Source of the DNA: Auanema rhodensis
Taxonomy: Eukaryota > Animalia > Nematoda
DNA: 64,000 nt
Direction of reading: 5' to 3'
NCBI GenBank assembly: GCA_964057225.1
Contig: OZ059894.1
Span: forward strand, 14,508,001 to 14,572,000
The position numbers and the translations under genes are program-made. The notes under the pieces were generated by a model that did no database searches, was not told where the DNA came from, and was given only the letters and a program-made list of their open reading frames with translations. Of this stretch, positions 32,001 through 43,261 are shown piece by piece; the first letter of the stretch is position 1, and each line of letters opens with the position of its first letter.

Positions 32001-34110
32001 TTCGCATATATATCATATTTTCAGAATGAGCAACAAATTGCACCTATGTTTAAGACTGTGGAAGGAAAAATTTCCACTGTACCAAATCAATTTGAGGTTT
32101 GAAGTTATCTACAGAGAAATCACATAATTTTTATTGCTTCAGCTCTGTTTTGTAGCCCCGATCAAGCCATTATCTTCTAAAGTATTCAAGATTGTTCAGG
32201 GAGAAACTTCAAGTAAGAGTAAAGTGTTATCATCAAATGAAATTCCAAATACGTAAGTTTGATATTCATCACTTAATTTATAAGATTTTTACTTAGTGAT
32301 TTCCCCTCTGATTTATTAAACGGAGACATCATTCTTAAAAATGAACTAGTAGAGGCTATTTTCGATGGTTCTTCCGGCTATTTAAAGGTAAACTACCCAT
32401 CGAGCATCTATTTCAACAACAAAAAAATTTAGAGTGTTACACCTCATAGTAGTTCTCCCGTGAATATTGATATGAAATTTATTCATTACGGAGCTCGTCC
32501 TCATAAACGAAGTAAGTCTTTTAATATTTTCTTTTTTTACATCTTATTTAAGTGACATTTCAACAGAGAGTTTGTAAGTAGTCATTGTTTTTAAATATGT
32601 TGTGAAAGCTTTTATTATAATATTTATTTTCTATTTGTAATTTTAAAATTTCTAGTGAACAACGGGGGTGGAGATGATCTCTCGGGAGCTTATCTATTCT
32701 TACCAGATGGCGAGGCTAATGAAGTTACAAATAATAATAATAATGAAGTTTTGGTAGGTTTATTTTTAAAAATTATATCATGATTTTCAACATGTTCAGG
32801 CGTTATCTGGTCCAGTATTCAGTAAAGTCATTACTTCGAATCCTTCAAATATTGACCAAGTTTGCACTCTTTACCATGGTTCTTATGCTATTGATATTTC
32901 GACTGAAGTAGATATCAGGTAGGATTATATTTAGCTAATATTTAATTTCGTTATGAAATATTTTTTTTAGAAAGAAATCTAATTTTGAGTTAGCTATGAG
33001 ACTCGTTAGTTCTGTGAATAGTGGAGATGATTTATACACAGATCTTAATGGTATTCAGGTTCGTTGATGTGCTATGAATTTTGAGTTCATGCTCCTATAT
33101 TAAAGTTGATTCGGCGAAAACGTATGTTATCAAAGCTTCCTCTTCAAGCTCATTTTTATCCAATGCCTGCTAGTGCTTTTATAGAGGTTTGTTAGTTTCT
33201 TCTTTTCTCTTAGAATGACATTCTCAATAATATTATTAATATTTCAATATAGGACTCGTCAACTCGTTTATCTTTATTAGGCTCGCAAGCTCTAGGTGTT
33301 GCAAGTTTAAAATCTGGTATGCTTACATATACATTTCTATGAATAATTAAAAATTTAGGACAATTGGAAGTCATGCTTGATCGTAGACTGAACCAAGATG
33401 ATGGTCGAGGATTATTCCAGGTTTTATTATTAGATTATAAAGTTTCAATGAATTTTTTAAAGGGTGTACTAGACAACAAAAGAACTCTATCGCGATTCCG
33501 GCTTTTGGTTGAACCTCTTTCAAAATCAAACGAAGATATTAATGCGAGAGTTGGATTTTTGTCTTCTGCAGGCCATATAGAATCTATGGAAATTCATTAT
33601 CCTTGGATTCGCATGATCGGAAAAGGTATGTGAATATATAATTCAGTACGAAGTGAATTTTTGAAGATGTTCTCACCACTGCATCGTTTGTTGGTCTCAA
33701 GGATGAGTTGAACTGTAATCTCCATGTAGTTTCGTTACGGTATTTTAAATGAATGGAAAAACCCAAGCTTATAAGACAATTTTAGTACAAGCAACTCACC
33801 TATTGATTATGAAAATAATCCTAAATCAGTTTCTAAGAATGAGGCTGCACTTGTTTTATTTAGGCCTATGATAGATTGTAGAAGTAGTTTACAGCTAAGC
33901 GAAACTTGCATCTCTAAGTCTTATTCTGTGAGTTGTTTTGTAACGAAGTGGGATTGAGCATTTAATTCTTTTCAGGTTGAATTCAAAAGCTTATTCTCAA
34001 ATGTAAAGAATGCTCAGGCTTCGTCATTAACAATGCTTTATGAGGGAGAAAATCTGAAAAATATAGAAGTTCAACCTCAAGAAATAAATACTGTTAAATT
34101 AGTCTGGTAA
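29087..34110 (+). CDS. aman-2: Golgi alpha-mannosidase II (GH38), about 30 introns
   Basis: Type II TM anchor and coiled coil; [85 protein letters not shown]. Confidence 0.96.
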
Positions 34111-34222
34111 ATTTGAAAAATCCCATGCTGTAGTTATTCATATTTTTACATCCCATCCGGGTTCATTTTTGGGTTTTAAAACTATTTATTGCTTTTGACA
34201 TCTCAGATTTTGCCTTTGTTGT

Positions 34223-34230
34223 CTGTGATA
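34223..34230 (+). promoter_or_regulatory. K-box / miR-2-family 8mer seed site (CTGTGATA) in the aman-2 3'UTR
   Basis: Exact 8mer between the stop codon (34110) and AATAAA (34255-34260). Confidence 0.5.
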
Positions 34231-34361
34231 GCCCTTTTTCGTATTAATTATTTTAATAAAGCATTTAAACATTTTCTTTTTTTATTCAAATGCAAAGATA
34301 TGAAACGATTATCCAATGCTTATGGCCAGAGCAGTTCCTTACCCATACTACCAGGTTGAAG

Positions 34362-34374
34362 GTTCCCTAGCAAC
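34362..34374. promoter_or_regulatory. RFX/DAF-19 X-box (GTTCCCTAGCAAC)
   Basis: X-box-like imperfect palindrome with the RGYAAC half-site, about 40 nt upstream of the ATG of an IFT gene. Confidence 0.75.
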
Positions 34375-34414
34375 GAGCACGCTAGTTCTAACTGGTGTTG
34401 AGCCAAGCATAGCA

Positions 34415-36571
34415 ATGACGGACTTTCGCCGACGTTCTAGCATTAATATGCAGGTTTGTTCAATTATCATTGTTTAAAAAATATTTATCATTAAAAATTG
34501 TTTATTGATTTTAGCCTACTGCTACGGGTAACACTGGAAATAAAATTCTTATTGATCAATCTAAGAAAGAAACTAACACTATACATAATTCGTTGCGGAA
34601 TATACATAGAAGGCTTCGTAATTCATGGACAGTAGAAATGTAAAATATTGAATTTTTTTCTTTCTCCATAGCTTTTTTTTTGTTTCATTATATTTTGCAG
34701 AAACCAAGAAGAAATTACGACCGGAAGTTTAGAAAACGTCCGCTTGTTAATTATACCTCACCCGAAAGCTAAATTTAACATAACGGAGGTTTCAAATAGA
34801 AATATTCCCCTCGAATTTCTTATTTTTGTATTAAAATTTAGATCGAAGCTATTCGTAAATATATTTCATCAGGGGGGAATCTTTTCGTTTTAATGTCAGA
34901 AGGAGGCGAACAAGATTCTGATACAAATATCAATTTTCTTCTAGAGGAGTATGGGATATTTGTAAACAATGGTTAGACATGCTTATGCTTTTTCTTCTTC
35001 AAAATCATTATATAAGATATTTCTAGATGCTGTTATAAGAACAATATTCTTTAAATATTTTGATCCAAAAGAAGCCTTAATATCAAATGGAATAATCAAT
35101 AGAGCTATTGGACAAGCAGCAAAAAAAATAATTACAAATGACCAAAACAACAATTCCCAGTATAAGATATGAATAATTATATGAAATATATTCTATATGC
35201 AGGTCTCTTACGTTTGTGTATCCATTTGGAGCTACAGTATCAGTGAATCGATTATCTACAGCTATTTTATCTTCTGGTAGTAGTTCATTCCCCATTTCCA
35301 GGCCAATCTGTGCTGCTCATCAGGCTGAAGTTTCGAATGAGTTGAGAATTAATTTCAAGTTGAATCAAATTTCAGAATGGCGGCGGACGTATAATCGTTT
35401 GTGGATCAGTTCATATGTTTACCGATCAATACATTGAGAAAGAAGAAAATAGCAAAATCTTTGTATGTTCATTCGTTCCATCCCAGATTTTCCACGAAAA
35501 CATTGTGAGAAATTATTTTCAGGATGTTCTAATGGAATATTTAGTAAATGGTCTAGAATTGAACAAGATAGACTCAGCTGATCCCGAATTAAGTGATTAT
35601 CACACCATTCCAGATCATGTCTACCTTTCTCAACAGCTTAAGGTTTCTTGATTAGATAAGACATTTTAAATCTTTCTTTCTCATCATATATTTTAACTCA
35701 TAATCTTTCCAGATTAAATAATATTGGTTTTTAACATAATAATATGAATCAATAGTGTTGCAGGTTTGCATGCAAGAAGGAGATTTTGATAATACATTAG
35801 GGATGGACTTTATGAAAGTATTCGATAGCTCATTAGCTTCTTTCGATTTATCTGTTTGGCCTAAGGTTTTAAGGTGATTTTCTTTGACATTAGGGTTATT
35901 AAGAATGTTATATCAAATTACTTCATTGGTCAATTTGAATCTTTAAATGCTCAGAAGCAACTTTTAGAGCGTATGAACAACTTAATGTAAAGGCTGAACC
36001 ACTCACTCTCATTGTTCCTCAATTTGAAGTTCCTCTGCCACCGTTAGAGCCAGCTGTAAGAGATTTTGTTGCAAATTTCATTTTTTCTATTTCTTGAGGT
36101 GTTCCCTCCGAATTTTCGTGAATTACCTCCACCAAAATTAGAGCTTTTCGATTTGGATGAAATGTTCAGTAGTCAAGAAGTCCGAATAGCTCAACTAACA
36201 AATAAATGTAATTCTCTATTCTTTTGTCTGTTTGAAGTGTAAAATTAATCTTTTATTGTTAAGGCGACGACGATGATCTTGACTATTATATTCGGGAAGT
36301 AGGAGAAGTATTAGGCATAACTGCAGGCTTATCATCTGAAGATAAAGGGGCAAAAAACATATTAGAACATGTTTTGTTGCAACTTGTAGAATATAAAAAA
36401 CACAATAACAATGTATTCTCATTCGAATAGTTTTTTTATTTATTGCTTTTTATTTTTTAGGATAATGATGGTCTATATGACTTTTCGGGTGCTCAAGGAA
36501 TGATGGTGAATAACGAATTTGACTTGCAAGATCAATTCTCGGATATTGATGAATATGATGATATTGATTAA
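34415..36571 (+). CDS. osm-6: Intraflagellar transport protein IFT52
   Basis: KILIDQSKKE.., TNINFLLEEYGI, YFDPKEALISNGIINRAI, FVYPFGATV, LTLIVPQFEVPLPPLEPA|VFPPNFRELPPPKLELFDLDEMFSS. In-frame upstream ATGs at 34316 and 34322 are possible. Confidence 0.94.
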
Positions 36572-39500
36572 GAAATCATTATTTAACAAAACATACATAC
36601 ATAAATGATTAATTCATTCAAGAAAATTGTTTTAGAAATCATTAGAATTCGAAATTATTAAAATTTTATTCCTCTCTTCTCTTTTTTATTCGAACAGGAA
36701 AAATGATACCTTCCTTGATGGATGGATGAATCTTGATGTAACTAACATACATGTTCATGGATATATGTAGCTTTTCTTGAATCGGGCTCTTGAGTTAGAA
36801 CAATATTATACTTGAAGTGTTTGCTAAATTAAATATCTTGGTTCGATTCTAAAAATATATTTAAATATAAACTTTAATTTATAAAAATTTAATTTTTTAA
36901 TTTAATTTTCATAGTACATAAATGTAAATAGAAGAGCGTTTGACAATTGCAATCATATTGTATATTAGTTTCTGAACAAAAAAACATGAAAAACTACTCT
37001 AGTACTGGGAAACAATACACAAAAAACTCCAAAAACAGATAGTTTTTTTTGAAACAGAACACATTCTATTATTGAAATTGCAGGAAAAAAAAAATTAACG
37101 AGTTTAGCTTCAGTTTTTAGGTTATATTATCTGTTAGGAGGATGCAGTACTTCATTTTTATTCAAGGTTTTATCATGTTATGACATATCGCTTTCACATA
37201 TTTTACCTCTTTTCGGTGATACCCGATTTTTGAGAAGGTATTGAACGAGGAAATAATTATATGAAAGGATATAAAGAGAATGAAGAGTGAAAATATCAGA
37301 GAGTTGAAGGAGAGTAGAAAGTTTGAATGAGAGAGCAGAAGAGGGGGCAGAGAAAGTAAAAAAGGCTTAAGCGATAGAAAACAGAGACGGAGAAAAAGAG
37401 AAAATAGAAGAAAGAGGCTGTCCAGAACGGAAAGAAGACTTTCAAAAAAGCTCCAATAACCTATTGTTTCGTGTCTTTAGGCAGTTTAGTATTATTTATT
37501 TCGATAAGTTATATATTATATCCATGTTAATACTTAAAATTTGCATAGTGGAAGCATTAATCTTATAATTTATTCACCTTCGAAGATAACTCGTAGTTCC
37601 TGCTTCGACACATGAATTTAGTCTTCTATAGAGCTGTCGGCGAGATGGCCGTTCGTCTAAACTTGAGCTCGTCGTCTTCATTTTCATTCACACTTTCACA
37701 AAACCTTCTTGACGTCAGAAGTCGCTTGTCTTATTCTCAAAACTGCTTTTTTTCTCTTCCGCTTCGAGCTGATTCCGAATCAGTAAAAAAATTAATTGGG
37801 TAGAGAGAATATTCTCTTCGTCCCTCGGTGACTAAAATGAAAATTTTGTCAAAAAAAAAATGAGGTTTGCACGGTGTTGTGTTTTGAAACGCAACAACAT
37901 AGTATCCCATAGCCACTTCATATATATCTCATTTCTATTTCATTTCTCTTCAACTCATTTTCATGATGATTCTTTTTTCTGATATAGAAATTATTGTTTT
38001 AACTACATTCTAATTTTCTTTTTCATTTTTCTCCTCAAAAAGTGCAAATTTTCTCTAAAATGTTAATTTTATTGATGTGTTAATAATATATAATACACAT
38101 TTTGCTTCTTTTTCTACTTCTTCATCAAAGAAATCTTCTAAAAGGTTTCGTTTCAAACTGTGCAAAAACATATTATTCCAAAGCTTTAGTTAATATTTCG
38201 TTAACATGCATATTCGTTTTTTTTTAACTTTTTGCAATAATTTTTTTGGTTTCTGTTTATTCTGAAGTCCTTGATTGACTTCACTCAAAGTTACAATATT
38301 CACATAGAAAACATAAAGGATTTAATAAATTCATAAGGTTTTATATAGCGATGTATATGAAAAGTTCTTCCATACTCCATACATTTAGCTAAATTCTTCA
38401 TCTTTTTTTCTCATCTCTCTTTCTTGATCTCTTCCTCTTTCTCTTTCTGGTCTAAAGTCTCTCAAAGACATTTGTCTTTGATAATTAAATATTCTTCGTT
38501 ATAATATGTATCATACGGACAAAGACTAATGTGCTCACCAGATAGAAGATTTACGATCTCATATATTTCAGTATAGGTTATCAAACTTACATAGTTTAGA
38601 CTTATGTGTAAATTCATTCACACACTCATGCATATCAAAAGCTTGAAGAGATTTTAAAATTCAATTTACACAATAAGAATACGCAAGGAAGAAAAATCAA
38701 AAAAGGGGAATAACTAAAGCAACTGGTCAATGCGTTCAAATCATGAAAATGCAAAGGAAATTCTAGTTCACGTAAAAGTTCACGCCTCCTTATTTTCACA
38801 AGCATTTTGTAATTTTTGAATTTAACAAGAATCAAGAGTAAATTGGAAACGAGGATATATTGAATAGAAAAAAAATTCTCATTCATAATTATATTTTCTA
38901 CACCTTTTTTTTGCAAAAAATAATAAAGATCTGTTTGTGTTACTTGATCTAGTTAAATAGCTTGAAATGCAGATGTAGGATGTAAACCTATGCATGTATA
39001 CAGACATATATCAGTCGCATTCATTTAACCTATGTAATATCAGTCGCATGACGTTGATAGACTATTAATCTTTTGTTCAATAGTAAGACAAAAATGTTGG
39101 TAATTTGTATCTGCCAGTCACTTTCTTTCCTTTAATTATACATATATCATAGGCCAATCCCCCCCCCCAACTTCTCCCACCTACTAGTCATATATATTTT
39201 GTAGTTTTTTTCTTTGCTCTCTCACGAATTTAAGATTAAAAAAAATTTCTTCTTTAAATGATCAATTCAAGTTATTTTCAGTGATGATGCTAGGCTTAGT
39301 GTTTCAAAAGTCTTTTACATCAATTAAATTTTGTCTGCTCGCGTCAATATTCTGATTCTAATCCATCTATGTATATGAAAGAATTTTAATTATAACAGCC
39401 CGGATATCATAATTTTCAATTTCATCAAACTTGATTTCTCTCTTTATTTTCAAAATTTTCAAAAATTTTAAATATGAATGTTTTTTGTTCCTTAATAGTC

Positions 39501-41129
39501 AGTAATCATACGAAACGCGTTATTTTCTGAATTATGAAGCAACCGAAAATGAGCCAATTGTATTAGGAATTATCAAAGCATAAAACACGATTTCTTTCAT
39601 TCAATGTTCGAACATCTCTAATAATCAGCATGGAAACTCGGCTTCGTTTTCTTATACACTCATGTACATGCTTGATTGTTACCTTCTCGCTGAAAATAGA
39701 TTTTCCAAAAATACAATCTTCAAATCATATTAAGTCTTGTGCAAGACTCCAGCAATAATTTTTACGAGCTTTTAGTTTTTTTTTGTTAGTAAAAACTTGT
39801 GATCTTGAGAAAATGTGATCTATTCAAGAGAAATGTTTATTTATTCTTTATAGTATTTATTCTAAATACAAACAAAATTGGGTCTTAAGATTATTGTTAA
39901 AAATATTTTAAAGAATATGAAGATTGTATTAGAACTCCAGTAAGTTTGCGGAGTGTAGGCAAAGTTTATCAAGTTCTCTAAGAGTTGATACTATATTAGC
40001 GCAATTGAGAACTTCAATAATTACGTCATATGGTTTAGGTTAAAAGTTTAAGATATTCAACTTAAATCTTTACTAAATTAGAAATTTGATTATGTTATGA
40101 AATCCTGAACTAAGTATCACACTTAAATAATATAGTTTGATCAAAATGGCCGAACTTAAGAATAATGTGAAGAACTAAGTCATCCTCCACTTTCTCATAT
40201 TCAATTTCCATGCTGATGTTGCTCAGCAAAAGCCTTTTGAACTTTTATATTCCCTTTTAAGTTAAACTAATTATTGAACTTCAGTTTCTCACATTGAAAT
40301 GAAAGTTTGGGGCTTCGGAAATCTTCATCTTATAAGGTACATAATCCCTCCATTTTCTATAAAATACAATGCTATTTCATATTATAAATTTACGATTTAT
40401 GCTCATTTGTCTACTTCTTCTCCATCTATAACTTACATTACATTTATGTTTTTAATTACTGTGAATTAAATTTAAAATAGTTATTTATTATGAAGTACAT
40501 TCTTTCTTCATATATTGATAAATATCTTATGCTTCTATTAACACATACATTATGATCATATATAGACTATAGAATATATATATATATTTTTTTTAATTTT
40601 ATTTTCTATAATATATTATTATAAAAGAAGACCTCACATATGCTCATTCGGATTTATAAAAATTCATTTGAAAATTCATATTTGCAAGTTTTTCAATTTT
40701 CACATTTCCAATGATGAATTAGATATATATAATATATGTATATATATATATATATAAATTCAGATATGAATGTGGATGTGCTACTATTCGATTTCTCTTT
40801 TTCAACTTCACCCATCATTTAACTTCCATGTCAATAAATTCAATTGAAGCTTCTACTTCCTTATTTATGATAAAACATATAATAACATAATATAATTTAC
40901 TTGTGATAATATTACTACATACGTAATATATGTTATATACATATGAATATTCAATGAAAATTTCTTCATATCCTTATGCCTATCTTTATCGTATATTTTG
41001 GTTTCCTGTACTCCTACTTCATTGTACTTGCTGTCCCGATTTGTCATCCGTTTTTACTTGGAATTTTATTCAACTTTCTCATTGAATACAAGGAGAATGC
41101 TGTTTCATTTCAGATCAAAATAGGCAATT

Positions 41130-42641
41130 ATGAAAGAAGCTACTCAGAATTCTACCACAGTTTATGTTGGAAGCCTGATGACGTCTGATTATATTCAACT
41201 AACTGTCTTTTCAATTCTTTTCATTATTGGATTACCTGTGAATATTTCTACTCTATTATATATGCTCAAGCGATATCAACATGCCAGAAGTTTTCTGCTG
41301 TTAATACATATTAACTTAAATATTTCGGATATTTTAGTAAGTTTGACTTAATAATAATTGAAATATCTCTATTTCGCAGGTGTTAGGGGTTCATCTTCCT
41401 GGAATGATGGGATGGTTAATTACTAGTCAATGGCTTGCTGGAAATGCGATGTGTAAGATTATGAGATTTTTGGACGCATTTGTGTGGGCTGCCAGGTAAA
41501 CTACATATTCCTTAATTAATTCTTTTCGTTATTAATTAACAGCCTAGTTCAAGCTAGAATGAAAAAAATTGTTTAAAATCATAAATCTATTTTTTTAAGT
41601 TCAAATATTATGGTCTGCATTGCTCTTTATCGTCTAAGTGCACTACGATATCCATTATGGGTATCCGCTGTTGGTCATAGTCAGGTTCCGAGAATGCTCG
41701 CTACAGCATGGGCTTTGGCGGCAATTGCCACTTCACCTCAACTCTATATTTGGAGACAGGTAATGATGATGCCATAGCGTGCCCATAAAAAACATGTCAT
41801 CACATATTTAGGTTAATTACCCTAATATCACGCAGTGTCAGTCAATCTGGGCTGCAAAGATTAGTCTGGAGCACATGGAGAGAACACTGAATCCAGATCA
41901 AGAGCCGACACACAAGATGAGTGAAGATGATATATGGTGGATGAAGTTTTATGATATACAACATGTTATAATCATTTTCTACATTCCATTATTCATATTA
42001 GTAGTTTGTTATTTTTTAATTGTCAAGGTAAATACCTGATTGGATATACCACTCTATGTATATATACATTAGGACATCTACAAAACATTGAATAATGACC
42101 AAGATTCTTCATCTGTTATGTATCTAAGTGAAATCAGCCGCTTGTCAACATGTGGAAAAAGAGTTGTTCCGAAAGAAAGCACAAGTTTAGGTGAACACTA
42201 CAATTTGTGGTTTTTGTATTCTTAGTTTGTCTATTTCAGTTACTGTAAGACCAGTTCGAGGTCAAGACAAGTTCAGAAGAGCAAAAGTTCGATCACTAAG
42301 AATAACACTTCTTTTAATTTTAACATATGCTATCACATGGCTTCCTTATAATCTGTTGAGTTGGTAAGCTCGAATTGGTCTTAGCGCAGCAATTTTAATT
42401 TTTTGTTCAGGTGGATGATTATTTCATTTGATACGTTCACAGCATATCAAGATGCTTTGTATCCACTTGGTTTCCTCGTCATATTGAATAGTGTAATTAA
42501 TCCTTTTATATATGGAAGGTTAGACGACTTATTTTTATTCACCTTTTCAATTTAAATTTCAGATTCCAAGGATTGAAACTGCTATTTTCCTGTAAACAAA
42601 AGAAGTATAAACGAACATGGCTTCAATATTTGAGATCTTAA
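41130..42641 (+). CDS. GnRH/AKH-receptor-related rhodopsin-class GPCR (gnrr family)
   Basis: LLIHINLNISDIL, WLAGNAMCKIMRF, CIALYRL, SPQLYIW, RRAKVRSLRITL, TWLPY, NSVINPFIYG; seven TM segments. Confidence 0.88.
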
Positions 42642-43261
42642 AATGAATTGTTTATTAATTAGTTAATATAACTATATGCTCAAAATATTACATGAGACAT
42701 AAATAACAGTAGAACGAGAGCAACAACATAGAAGGGATAGGGTAAACTAGATTTAAGATTTATTGTTAAGCTAATATAACGCAATTTTTTGAACATCAGA
42801 GAAACTCCAGAAAGAAAACTTGTAGTAAGCTTATGTAATTCAAAATGAATTCATCACGTTGATGGAAAAACTGCTCATTCGAGACAAGATGTCCCGAAGA
42901 ATAGAGCATGAAGTGTGATGTGTTACAAAAGATGTAACAGAAGCATACTACAGTAAAGTGGGAGCTCCGCTGATGTTAAATACCAAAATAAAAACTGCTC
43001 AACAACAATCTACGTCATCTAGTATGTAAATGTACAGAGTGGCAAAATACAACGAGAACGAAGTCAAGAACAAGTGAACACTACAGAATGAATACAACAA
43101 TTATTCAAGATTACTATATTTTTAATAATTTCTTTAAGAAAGAAAAGTATTCAATACTAACTAAAAACATTAAGATCAAAAAAAGTACTCGGGTCGGTTT
43201 TCAAGGCATGATAATCAAAAATTATTTTTCTACTCAGATTTTGAATTTATAAACTAATAAA

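Noticed and set aside
38985-39049. Short direct repeat (AACCTATG..ATATCAGTCGCAT twice)
   Set aside because: Small local duplication with no array or element structure
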